NCBI RefSeq assembly: GCF_002087085.1
Contig: NZ_MWQY01000010.1
Coordinates: 62,001-126,000 of the forward strand
Direction of reading: 5' to 3'
Length of the DNA: 64,000 nucleotides
Shown: positions 18,570 to 27,715 of the stretch, piece after piece
Numbering within the stretch: position 1 is the stretch's first letter
Layout of the letters: the number at the start of each line of letters is the position of its first letter
Translations under genes and position numbers: made by a program
The notes under the pieces: generated by a model
What the model saw: the letters and a program-made list of their open reading frames with translations, nothing else
Databases searched by the model: none
Told to the model about the DNA's origin: nothing

Positions 18570-20252
18570 TCAGTCCCTGGTCAGACTGCGGTATTTGATT
18601 CTGTGGGGAATAAGGGCAGTCTCTCCAAGGCGTTCTATACGGTCGTTTTCGTATTCGCTGTAGTTGCCGTTAAAGAAGGTGACCCTGCTGTCGCCCTCGA
18701 AGGCCAGAATGTGGGTCGCGATACGGTCCAGAAACCAGCGGTCGTGGCTGATGACCATCACGCAGCCGGGAAAGAGCTCGATGGCGTCCTCCAGGGCCCG
18801 CATGGTGTTGACGTCCAGGTCGTTGGTGGGCTCATCCAGGAGCAGTACGTTTGCCTCCTCCTGAAGCATCAGGGCGAGCTGTACGCGATTTCTCTCTCCT
18901 CCCGAGAGGATCCCCACCTTTTTCTGCTGGTCGGCACCGGAAAAATTGAACTGGGCCACGTAGGAACGGCTGTTGATTTCCCGGTTCCCCAGTTTCATGT
19001 TCTCCCGCCCGCCGGTTACCATTTCGAATATCGTTTTGTCCGGGTCCAGCTTTTCCCGGGTCTGGTCCACGTAGGCAAGCTTCACGGTCTCCCCGAGGCG
19101 GATATCTCCGGAATCCGGGTTCTCCTGGCCGATAACCATGCGGAAAAGAGTGGTTTTTCCTGCTCCGTTGGGACCGATAATCCCCACCACCCCGCCGGGG
19201 GGAACGGAAAAGTTCATGTCGTCCACGATGATTCGTGAATCGTAGGATTTGCGTACCCCCTGGCATTCTATTACGATATCCCCCAGCCGAGGTCCCGGGG
19301 GAATAAAGAGCTGAAGCTCCTTCTGCCGTTCCCGGGTCTCCTGATTCAGCAGCTGCTCGTAATGGTTCACCCTGGCCTTGCTCTTGGCGGCCCGGCCCTT
19401 GGGGCTCATCCTGATCCATTCAAGTTCCCGCTGCAGGGTTTTCTGCCGGGCGGTCTCCTGTTTACTCTCGTTGGCCAGCCGGTTCTGCTTCTGTTCCAGC
19501 CAGGAGGAGTAGTTCCCCTTCCAGGGGATACCTTCCCCCCGGTCCAGCTCGAGGATCCAGCCCGCGACATTGTCCAGAAAGTAGCGGTCGTGGGTTACAG
19601 CGATTACGGTTCCCTGGTATTCATGCAGATGGTGCTCAAGCCAGGCGACGGTTTCAGCATCCAGATGGTTTGTCGGCTCGTCAAGCAGAAGGATATCGGG
19701 CTGCCGCAAAAGCAGGCGGCACAGAGCGACCCGGCGCTTCTCTCCCCCCGCCAGGGGTCCCACCTTCTGATCCGCCGGAGGACAGCGCAGGGCGTCCATG
19801 GCCATCTCCAGCCGGGAATCCAGGTCCCAGGCGTTACGGGTATCCAGAAGCTCCTGGACCTCCCCCTGCCGTTCAAGGAGCTGGTTCATCTCTTCGTCGC
19901 TCATCTCTTCGGCAAAGCGGGTATTTATCTCGTCATATTCCTTCAGAAGATCAACGGTCTCCTGTACTCCCTCTTCAACCACCTGGCGGACAGTCCTTTC
20001 CGGATCGAGCCGGGGTTCCTGTTCCAGATACCCGATGGTATAGCCGGGGGAAAGCATAGCCTCACCGTTAAAATCCTTGTCCACTCCGGCCATGATCTTC
20101 AGCAGGGTACTTTTTCCCGAACCGTTCAGCCCCAGAACACCGATCTTGGCGCCGTAGAAATAGGAGAGGGATATATCCTTGAGGATCGGCTTTTTATTAA
20201 AGCTTTTACTGACCCGGACCATCGAATAGATTATCTTGTTCTCTTCTGCCAT
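18570..20252 (-). CDS. ettA: Energy-dependent translational throttle ABC-F protein
   Basis: GAKIGVLGLNGSGKST, two ABC domains, ELEWIR linker, PHRIKYR C-terminus. Confidence 0.95.
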   Translation of the reverse strand: MAEENKIIYSMVRVSKSFNKKPILKDISLSYFYGAKIGVLGLNGSGKSTLLKIMAGVDKDFNGEAMLSPGYTIGYLEQEPRLDPERTVRQVVEEGVQETVDLLKEYDEINTRFAEEMSDEEMNQLLERQGEVQELLDTRNAWDLDSRLEMAMDALRCPPADQKVGPLAGGEKRRVALCRLLLRQPDILLLDEPTNHLDAETVAWLEHHLHEYQGTVIAVTHDRYFLDNVAGWILELDRGEGIPWKGNYSSWLEQKQNRLANESKQETARQKTLQRELEWIRMSPKGRAAKSKARVNHYEQLLNQETRERQKELQLFIPPGPRLGDIVIECQGVRKSYDSRIIVDDMNFSVPPGGVVGIIGPNGAGKTTLFRMVIGQENPDSGDIRLGETVKLAYVDQTREKLDPDKTIFEMVTGGRENMKLGNREINSRSYVAQFNFSGADQQKKVGILSGGERNRVQLALMLQEEANVLLLDEPTNDLDVNTMRALEDAIELFPGCVMVISHDRWFLDRIATHILAFEGDSRVTFFNGNYSEYENDRIERLGETALIPHRIKYRSLTRD

Positions 20253-20331
20253 GGGTATATTCTACCCCATGAGGGAATTGTGTTCAATGAGACTCAGGGC
20301 TGCTCCCGGAAACACCACGCATAAAAAAGCA

Positions 20332-20361
20332 TTGACATATAATGAATGATTCATTTACAAT
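20332..20361 (+). promoter_or_regulatory. sigma-70 promoter with embedded TetR operator
   Basis: TTGACA-18-TACAAT; palindrome AATGAAT-G-ATTCATT at 20341-20355. Confidence 0.7.
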
Positions 20362-20379
20362 CTCTATAAGATAGAGCCT

Positions 20380-21051
20380 ATGAATGCACGATTAAAAGCT
20401 ATATATGAATCAGCAAGCACATTGTTCATCAGGCAGGGATACTCACGCACACAAATCAGCCACATAGCACAAGCAGTCGGCGTATCAGTGGGAACGATAT
20501 ATCATGACTTTTCCGGTAAAAAAGAGATTATGCAATTTGTGCTGAAATGTACAATAGAGCCGGATTTCATGGAGAAAAATCTGAAACGGCCCATAAACGA
20601 AGAAGCGTTTGAAGGTTTGGAAAGGGAAATAGAAGAGACCTTTACTACTGTACTGCGGGATTTTTCGGAACGATCTGCACGGCCGGAGACATCTTTTTCA
20701 GCATTCATTTCTGACGCATTTGACCTGGTTGCCCGGTATGCAGCAGGTCTTCTGTTCATCGAGAAGAACCAGTATGAATTTGAAAAACTGGCCGGATACT
20801 ACAGAGATTTTCGAAATCGTTTTTTTGAGACCATGACATTTTATTTTAACCGGTATATTGAAAGAGGAGTTATTAGAAAACCGCATTTCCCTCAATATGC
20901 AGTAACCCATATTATCGAAACTATAACGTGGTGGGGAATGGATATCCGGTACTCTGCGTTCAACCAGCTTGATATATCGAAAGAACAGGCCAGGGAGGTT
21001 GTTTTAGACAACCTGGTTCCTGCGTATGCACGTACACACGCGGGAAAATAA
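20380..21051 (+). CDS. TetR/AcrR family regulator
   Basis: N-terminal HTH LFIRQGY..TQISHIAQAVGVSVGTIYHDF.GK. Confidence 0.9.
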   Translation: MNARLKAIYESASTLFIRQGYSRTQISHIAQAVGVSVGTIYHDFSGKKEIMQFVLKCTIEPDFMEKNLKRPINEEAFEGLEREIEETFTTVLRDFSERSARPETSFSAFISDAFDLVARYAAGLLFIEKNQYEFEKLAGYYRDFRNRFFETMTFYFNRYIERGVIRKPHFPQYAVTHIIETITWWGMDIRYSAFNQLDISKEQAREVVLDNLVPAYARTHAGK

Positions 21052-21072
21052 ACAATTTTTCATCGGCAAATG

Positions 21073-21092
21073 AATGAATAGTTCATTTACAA
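21073..21092 (+). promoter_or_regulatory. Second TetR operator
   Basis: AATGAATAGTTCATTTACAA versus AATGAATGATTCATTTACAA at 20341-20360. Confidence 0.7.
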
Positions 21093-21104
21093 AAGAGAGG
21101 AAAT

Positions 21105-21593
21105 ATGATTGGGAGTCTTCAGAAAAGCAGGGTACTAAAAATAGGTATTACCGTGTTTGCCGTTCTGTCTGTTGTTGCTGTTTCGTTTTTTGGTGTTTCA
21201 TGGATATCAGAACCTGCTAATCAGCTTGTTTTCAGAAAATGGATAGAGAAGATAGGGCCGATAGGCTGGGTCGTCGTTGCGCTTATGCAGTTTATGCACA
21301 TAGTAATTGCTCCTGTACCGGCAGAGCCTGTCCAGATACTCTCCGGTACACTGTACGGAGCATGGGGGGGGTATAGTCCTTAATATTCTGGGCTCAATCC
21401 CGGCTTCAATGCTGGTGTTCTGGATAGGGAAAAGGTATGGAAAACATTTCTTATACAAGCTGTTTGGAAAAGAAAAGATTGAACGCATACACGTTCTTCA
21501 CCAGCCGGATAAACTGGAAATAGCAACGGTTATTATTATGCTGTACCTGCTGCTCCAAAGGATATCATCTCCTATGTCTGTGGTGTAAGCGGT
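21105..21593 (+). pseudogene. Frameshifted VTT/TVP38/DedA-family membrane protein (5' part of a probable VTT-ATP-grasp fusion)
   Basis: APVPAEPVQILSGTLYGAWG / GIVLNILGS..G(K)RYG / PAAPKDIISYVCG are split across frames; +1 shift in G8 (21364-21371) and -1 shift near 21542. Confidence 0.75.
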
Positions 21594-23015
21594 ATGAAAA
21601 TGTCCCGATTTGTTGTAATTGCGACATTGGCACGAATTCCTGCCAACCTGATGTGCACAATGGCAGGTGCCTCGCTCCAGGAAGGAAAATGGAAGCTGGC
21701 TACTGCGATTTCCGTATTAATGGTAGTGATCGCGTTTATTGGTATAAAAATGAAGGATAAAATCCTCAGCGGACAAAAGAATAAACAATATGGAGACGCG
21801 AGAACTCAAAAGAAGGTTCTGCTTTCGGAAGGCTCGAGCTTGACATCACGTGAAACGCTTACATCCTTGTGCAACAGCGGGTATATCATTGATATCTTGA
21901 CATCGGCAAAAAGACCCATGACTTTGTTCAGCAAATGGAAGAACAAACTTATTTTTACATATAATGTCAATGAGAACCCTCATGAATATCTTACTCATGT
22001 ATCAAAACTCATAAATTCCGGGGCATATGAAGCTCTCATTCCCACTCATGAAACGGCATGGCTTTTTTCAGAGGGACGCCGTTATTTTTCATCAGAAAAT
22101 GTATTGCCCGTCGCAGCACCAGCTTCATTTCACATGGTACAGAGCAAAATTTCATTTGCTGAACTTGCAGATTCCTTATGTATACCGCATCCCCGCTGGA
22201 ATATAGTACATGCAAATATGGCGGTTGAGGTATCATGTCCCTATTGGATAAAGGATGAGTATGGAACTGCCGGGTGTTCTGTATATAAAGTATCAAATGC
22301 AAGGGACAAGAAAAAAATAGCAGACATGCTCCTGGCCGGTAAAAACCGATTAATGGCTCAGGAGCACATTGAGGGTAGATACGGACAGGTACAGGCTGTA
22401 TTTAATAAGGGAAAAATGCTTGCGGTGCACACATCCATGCAGCGTGGTTCCGGGGCAGGCGGTTCCGCCGCGGCACGGATCAGTGTGCAGTATCCTGAAG
22501 CACAAAAATATATGGAAGTTCTCGGTACTCACCTTGCATGGCATGGAAGCATAACCCTCGATTTTATTGAAAAAAACGGCGTACCCTATTTTATTGAATG
22601 TAATCCGCGAATGATTGAGCCGGCAAATGCAACGCAGGCAGGCATAAATTTCCCTGAACTCCTGATAAAGATTTCTTCAGGAGGAGAGCTGCCGCAAACA
22701 ATACTGACAGGTCGTTCGGGGGTGAAAACACATAGTATAATGGCTCTTTTATTAGGCTCCGCAGAAAAACGGAACAGTAGAAAACACCTGATGAAATTGC
22801 TTTTTTTAAGCGTTATGCGGAAAGATTTTTTTGCAGAAAGTACAGAAGTCTTGACTCCTGTCGGCAAGGACCCACAGAGTATCATTCCGTTGTTGGCCGT
22901 ATTTGTACGGCTTCTTATACATCCCCAAAATGTATATTCAATTAAACAAAATACTATTGATAATTACTGCGTGTTTCCTGAAACTGTCAACGCGATAAGG
23001 AGAATTAATACTTAA
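21594..23015 (+). CDS. ATP-grasp domain protein carrying an N-terminal VTT remnant
   Basis: LIPTHE, SKISF..LA, YWIKDEYGTAG, QEHIEG, WHGSITLDF, FIECNPR. Confidence 0.8.
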   Translation: MKMSRFVVIATLARIPANLMCTMAGASLQEGKWKLATAISVLMVVIAFIGIKMKDKILSGQKNKQYGDARTQKKVLLSEGSSLTSRETLTSLCNSGYIIDILTSAKRPMTLFSKWKNKLIFTYNVNENPHEYLTHVSKLINSGAYEALIPTHETAWLFSEGRRYFSSENVLPVAAPASFHMVQSKISFAELADSLCIPHPRWNIVHANMAVEVSCPYWIKDEYGTAGCSVYKVSNARDKKKIADMLLAGKNRLMAQEHIEGRYGQVQAVFNKGKMLAVHTSMQRGSGAGGSAAARISVQYPEAQKYMEVLGTHLAWHGSITLDFIEKNGVPYFIECNPRMIEPANATQAGINFPELLIKISSGGELPQTILTGRSGVKTHSIMALLLGSAEKRNSRKHLMKLLFLSVMRKDFFAESTEVLTPVGKDPQSIIPLLAVFVRLLIHPQNVYSIKQNTIDNYCVFPETVNAIRRINT

Positions 23016-23065
23016 TTGCCCTGGGTCTTTAATTTTCCGCCTGCGAAAGACTTCGTTTGCTTCTG

Positions 23066-23440
23066 TTACAACAGAAACCCGAAATACCCGAAAAGGAGGC
23101 CGAGGCAGATCAGAAGCACGCCCCAGAGGGGGGAATGACGATAGTATTTACCCATCAAAACCAGGGACTTGGGGAATATGACCACCGACAGACCGCCGAG
23201 AAGCATGAGCCATCCGAAAATCGTAACCAGGACAGTCCAATCCCCTACCCAGAGATTATGGTACCCCACGAGTACCAGCCCGGTAATGACCCCCAGGGAT
23301 CCGGCAATGAAAGTCAAAGCCGGGGATTCACGAAAATCCTCTGCAATTTCGGAAAAATCCAGCCGCCCGATGAGCACAGCAGAGCCCCCCGCAGCAAAGA
23401 TCACCGCAAGTATCCTCGCAACAAGTATCGAGAGTTCCAT
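23066..23440 (-). CDS. Small hypothetical membrane protein (4 TM)
   Basis: Hydrophobic 124-aa ORF with HNLW..DW..LVTIFGW; GGAGGAGG RBS before ATG 23440. Confidence 0.75.
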   Translation of the reverse strand: MELSILVARILAVIFAAGGSAVLIGRLDFSEIAEDFRESPALTFIAGSLGVITGLVLVGYHNLWVGDWTVLVTIFGWLMLLGGLSVVIFPKSLVLMGKYYRHSPLWGVLLICLGLLFGYFGFLL

Positions 23441-23523
23441 AAACAGCCTCCTCCGGGTGATTACGCAACCCGGGTATATATCCAAAATAGCGGTAATCCG
23501 GGTACCGGTCAAATAATCACCTG

Positions 23524-23667
23524 GTGTTCAGAACCGTGGGGATGAATATCCAGTAAACACCGAACAGGCAAACATTTATTCATAACATAGTAATTTTTAC
23601 AGGTATTTTTCGGGTTTCCCGGCATTCATCGACTCTCGGTCTGGCGCATCCCCACGATCCTGAACAC
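23524..23667. mobile_element. MITE-like element with terminal inverted repeats, copy A (144 bp)
   Basis: GTGTTCAGAACCGTGGGGATG ... CATCCCCACGATCCTGAACAC, flanked TG/TG; homologous to 51983-52127. Confidence 0.6.
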
Positions 23668-23729
23668 TGACCTTCACTTACACAGCCCGAGGCCGTATAT
23701 TATGAGTAAGTCAATTCTGGGAGAGTAGC

Positions 23730-24500
23730 ATGGATTTAGGTTTGAAAAACAAAAAAGCCCTGGTAACAGGTGCAAGTTCCGGGCTCGGGTTCGCCGCTGC
23801 TTCGGTTCTTGCGAAAGAAGGTGCGGAACTCAGCATTGTCTCCCGCAGCGAAGAACGGATTCAAAAGGCCGCCCGATCAATTGTGGCAGATTCAGGTGCA
23901 AAGGTCGCCGCTTTGACGGCGGACCTTCGAAACGCCGGAGACATTGAAAAACTTAAAGAAACTGTGGGAGAAACGGACATCCTGGTGGTCAGTACCGGAG
24001 GTCCTCCCGGAGGATCCCTGGATTCCTTTGGGCCCGGGGAGTGGAAAAAGCAGTACGAGGGACTCTTCGAGAGTGTTCTGCGCCTTTCATCGGCCTTTGC
24101 CCCCGGGATGCGTCGTCGCGGCTGGGGAAGAATGGTCTATATCACCTCGGCGACTATTCTCAATCCCAAGCTGAACATGGCTTTCAGCAACGCGATTCGG
24201 GCCGGGATAGCAGGCCTCGCCAAAAGCCAGGCCCTTGAATGGGGAAAGGACGGAGTCACCATCAACTGCGTTGCCCCGGGACTCTTTGCCACCGACAGGC
24301 TGCGGGAGCTTTTCGAGCCCATGGCCAGAGAGGCGGGAATGGAGCTTGAAGAGTACCTCAGGAAAAAGGGCGATGCCCTGCCTGTACGGCGGATCGGACG
24401 CCCGGAAGAGATGGGAAGCCTTATCGCCTACCTGGCCTCGGAACTCTCCGGGTACATGAACGGCCTTGTACTGCCCATCGACGGCGGTCAGCATCTTTAG
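23730..24500 (+). CDS. SDR family oxidoreductase
   Basis: TGASSGLG, TGGPP, SNAIRAG, INCVAPG, DGG. Confidence 0.9.
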   Translation: MDLGLKNKKALVTGASSGLGFAAASVLAKEGAELSIVSRSEERIQKAARSIVADSGAKVAALTADLRNAGDIEKLKETVGETDILVVSTGGPPGGSLDSFGPGEWKKQYEGLFESVLRLSSAFAPGMRRRGWGRMVYITSATILNPKLNMAFSNAIRAGIAGLAKSQALEWGKDGVTINCVAPGLFATDRLRELFEPMAREAGMELEEYLRKKGDALPVRRIGRPEEMGSLIAYLASELSGYMNGLVLPIDGGQHL

Positions 24501-24510
24501 GGAGCCTGAG

Positions 24511-24963
24511 GTGGTACGTTTTATTACGAAGACCCGGGAAAAAAGCCGCGAAGAGGCTGTTGTTGACGTCTTCAACGAAACCCCCGGAGGGTCCGGTTTC
24601 TGCAGCCGCGGGGTGCAGGACGGCGGCAGTACCGTGGGATACGAGCTTGTGGACCTGCAGAGCCGCACAACGGTTCCCTTCGCATGGCTCTCTGATAAGC
24701 TCCCCCCCAACTGGAACGAGGAACTTCGTCACGGAAAATTCAGTTTTTCCAGGGAGGGTTTCGCCTTCGCCGGAGACATAATCGAAGGGGCCATCCGGGA
24801 GGGGGCGAAGGTGCTGCTCCTGGACGAAATCGGCAAACTGGAGCTGAAGGGAAGCGGCTTCGCGCCTCTTCTGCGACAAGCTCTCGATTCCGGATCCGAT
24901 CTGGTAATAGGATGCAGGAAAGTCAATATCGAACCCATCAAGTCGGAATTCGGGATATCCTGA
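24511..24963 (+). CDS. NTPase_1 (THEP1)/DUF2478-like protein with degenerate P-loop
   Basis: GY.LVDL, GKFSF, LLLDEIGKLE..G.GF; GTG start after GGAG. Confidence 0.65.
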   Translation: MVRFITKTREKSREEAVVDVFNETPGGSGFCSRGVQDGGSTVGYELVDLQSRTTVPFAWLSDKLPPNWNEELRHGKFSFSREGFAFAGDIIEGAIREGAKVLLLDEIGKLELKGSGFAPLLRQALDSGSDLVIGCRKVNIEPIKSEFGIS

Positions 24964-25017
24964 CCCCGCATGTATCGGGTACCTGTCCCGCAGGTTAAAC
25001 CGGGTCTTTTCAGGCGC

Positions 25018-27030
25018 TCAGAACTCTTCGAATTCGTCGTCGGAAATATCCGGCATCTCCTTTGATTGGGGGTCCCCATGAAAAAGGGTGATTCCTGATT
25101 CTCCCGAAACAGGCTCGAAGTCCGGAACCGTCCGGGAACTCTTTTTTGCCGTATTTGACTCCTTCGCTCTGGAAGGCTTCGGCTCTTCCTTGCCTGAGGG
25201 CGAAACCGCCGGTGGCGGGGCGATCCTTTTCTGGTCCCGAATCTCTTTTTTCCCCCGGAGCCTGAAAAAGCTGAGGACCTGCTGCAGCTCTTCCGCATGA
25301 CCTGAGAGAACCTCTGAGGTCGCAGCCAGCTCTTCCGACGCTGAGGCATTCTGCTGAACCACGTTTTCCAGCTGCATCAGGGCATTGTTGATCTGCTCAG
25401 CCCCTGAACTCTGCTCCGCGCTGGAAGCGCTGATCTCCTGCACAAGGTCTGCGGTCTTCCTGATTTTCGGCACCATCTTTTCGAACATATTCCCGGCCTT
25501 TTCCGCCACCGCGACACTGTGCCGGGAGAGGTCCTCGATTTCACCCGCCGCCTTCTGACTCCGCTCCGCCAGTTTGCGGACCTCCGTCGCGACAACCGCG
25601 AAACCCTTGCCCTGCGCCCCGGCCCTGGCAGCTTCGATAGCGGCATTGAGGGCCAGCAGGTTGGTATTCCTGGCGATCTCCTGAATTATCGATATCTTCT
25701 CGGCGATGGACTTCATGGCACTAACCGTCTCCTGCATCGCTCTCCCCCCCTCTTCCGCATCCAGGGCGGAGGATTTTGCTATGCTCTCGGTCTGGGATGC
25801 GTTATCGCTGTTGTGACGGATACTGGCGCTCATCTCTTCCATGGATGCCGATACTTCTTCCGTCGAGGCAGCCTGCTCCGTAGACCCCTGGGAGAGAGAC
25901 TGGGCCGCATCGTTCACCTCCTGGCTTCCCGAGGAGACCGAATCCGCCGCCCGGTAAATCCTTCCTGCAATCTCCGTAAACTGCCCGGCCAGAGTGTTGA
26001 AGGCCCGGGAGAGGGTACCGATTTCATCCTTTCTGGAAAGATCGCGCTTTGGAAGCCTTCCGGTCAGGTCTCCCCGGGCGAGGACACGGGCGTGCCCGGT
26101 CAGGGTGCCCAGGGGCTTGAGGGTGGTACCGGTTACAACACTCAGGAGTACGGCGAGGATAACTGTTCCCACGAGCCCCAGAATAAGCCCGATTCTGCTT
26201 AAGTCCCCGGCTTTCGCAGTGATGATCCCTTCATCGATCTCGATAAATACTGTCCAGCCGTTCTCGGCGCTCCCGTGAAGACTGATTATGCGGCGCCCCT
26301 TGTTCTCGTAGCTGAACGCCTCACTGTCGCCGTTTTCAAAAAAATCCCGTACCGGTGGATAGCCGGAATAGTCGACAAGCTCAGTACCCTGCACCTTCCC
26401 GGGGTCTATGTGGGCAATCAGGTTCCCTTCCTGATCGATTATAAAGGCATTACTGTTCTCCGGAGCATTCTCCAGCACAATCCGGGAGAGTTCGGCCAGG
26501 GTTGAGGCAAGGAGCAGAACGCCGGAAACGGAGTTTCCTCCGTCGGGATGAAATATGGGAAATCCGTATGCCACCGCAGGAACCGGAGGTACCAGGGACC
26601 TCCCCATGAGGACCTGCCGGCTGACCTCCTTGCCGGCCATGGCTTCCTTGAAGTAGAGCCTGTCCGCGCGGCTGCCGCTGCCCCGCTCTCCGGTCTCCGT
26701 GATAAAGACATCACCCTTCGCATCGATTGAGTATAGAGTGTATATATAGTCTTTCAGAGCGGTGAAGGTTCCGGCGAAGGCTTCGGCATGCCCCTTCTCC
26801 TCCATTCGGCGTACAGCCATATTACCCGCCGTGGCCCGGGCAGAGCGTATGATCATCTCCTCCCAGCGCCGGGTGTCCCGTACCGTGGCGGATACAGCCA
26901 TGCGTATTTCCTGCAAGGCCCCGTCCAGAAGCATTGCACGCGCCCGGAAGGTTACCACCCCCACAAGAATGCCGATGATAAGCACCGCCGTAACGGCGGT
27001 CAGCAGTGTGAGGCGGGTCCGTATCTTCAT
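25018..27030 (-). CDS. Methyl-accepting chemotaxis protein (Cache-HAMP-MCP signal)
   Basis: Two TM helices, DR.YF Cache motif, [25 protein letters not shown]-terminal EFEEF pentapeptide. Confidence 0.93.
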   Translation of the reverse strand: MKIRTRLTLLTAVTAVLIIGILVGVVTFRARAMLLDGALQEIRMAVSATVRDTRRWEEMIIRSARATAGNMAVRRMEEKGHAEAFAGTFTALKDYIYTLYSIDAKGDVFITETGERGSGSRADRLYFKEAMAGKEVSRQVLMGRSLVPPVPAVAYGFPIFHPDGGNSVSGVLLLASTLAELSRIVLENAPENSNAFIIDQEGNLIAHIDPGKVQGTELVDYSGYPPVRDFFENGDSEAFSYENKGRRIISLHGSAENGWTVFIEIDEGIITAKAGDLSRIGLILGLVGTVILAVLLSVVTGTTLKPLGTLTGHARVLARGDLTGRLPKRDLSRKDEIGTLSRAFNTLAGQFTEIAGRIYRAADSVSSGSQEVNDAAQSLSQGSTEQAASTEEVSASMEEMSASIRHNSDNASQTESIAKSSALDAEEGGRAMQETVSAMKSIAEKISIIQEIARNTNLLALNAAIEAARAGAQGKGFAVVATEVRKLAERSQKAAGEIEDLSRHSVAVAEKAGNMFEKMVPKIRKTADLVQEISASSAEQSSGAEQINNALMQLENVVQQNASASEELAATSEVLSGHAEELQQVLSFFRLRGKKEIRDQKRIAPPPAVSPSGKEEPKPSRAKESNTAKKSSRTVPDFEPVSGESGITLFHGDPQSKEMPDISDDEFEEF

Positions 27031-27132
27031 ATTTTCCTCTCCTCGCGAATATCCCCAGACGTTTAAACAGCGTGTCTTTGGGGACAATCTTAACTGTAGT
27101 AGAGCTGTCTCATGCTGTCAAATTTCAGTCCC

Positions 27133-27161
27133 TTGACTACCCTACCCGGGTATAGTATATT
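27133..27161 (+). promoter_or_regulatory. csoR promoter with CsoR operator
   Basis: TTGACT-17-TATATT with TACCC-TACCC-GGGTA (27138-27152), matching the C/G-tract CsoR box. Confidence 0.8.
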
Positions 27162-27167
27162 CATGAC

Positions 27168-27452
27168 ATGATGAATCAGAAACAAAAAGAGGATGTTCAG
27201 CGGCGGCTCGGCAAAATCGAGGGTCAGATCCGCGGAATATCCAAAATGGTCGAAACCGATCGCTACTGCATGGATATCCTGTCCCAGGTGCGGGCTGTAG
27301 TTTCGGCAATACGAAAAGTGGAAGATCTTATCATGGATCAGCATCTGCACACCTGCGTGGCCGACAGCATGCGCCACGGGGACGAGGCGGACCAGAATGA
27401 AAAAATCGCCGAAATTATGGATATGCTCTCCAGATTCCGGCGCATCGGCTAA
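27168..27452 (+). CDS. csoR: Copper-sensing repressor (CsoR/RcnR family)
   Basis: RL.KIEGQIRGI, RYCMDIL, HLHTC. Confidence 0.9.
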   Translation: MMNQKQKEDVQRRLGKIEGQIRGISKMVETDRYCMDILSQVRAVVSAIRKVEDLIMDQHLHTCVADSMRHGDEADQNEKIAEIMDMLSRFRRIG

Positions 27453-27470
27453 ACTCAGGAGGAGGAAATT

Positions 27471-27683
27471 ATGGCCAAAAAGATCGAACTGAACATCGAA
27501 GGAATGAGCTGCGGACACTGTGTAATGGCTGTTACCACCGCCCTTGAACAGGGGGAGGGGGTCAAAAAGGCCAAGGTGAATCTGAAAAAGAAGAGGGCCA
27601 CGGTTACCGGGGAAGATACCCTTGATCCCGAAGTGCTGGTTAATCTGGTCAAGGAAACGGGATACGAGGCATCCCTGGCCTGA
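27471..27683 (+). CDS. copZ: Copper chaperone (HMA domain)
   Basis: GMSCGHC, 70 aa. Confidence 0.9.
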   Translation: MAKKIELNIEGMSCGHCVMAVTTALEQGEGVKKAKVNLKKKRATVTGEDTLDPEVLVNLVKETGYEASLA

Positions 27684-27715
27684 GGTCGGGGACAGGAAAG
27701 ATAAAGAGAGGAATT

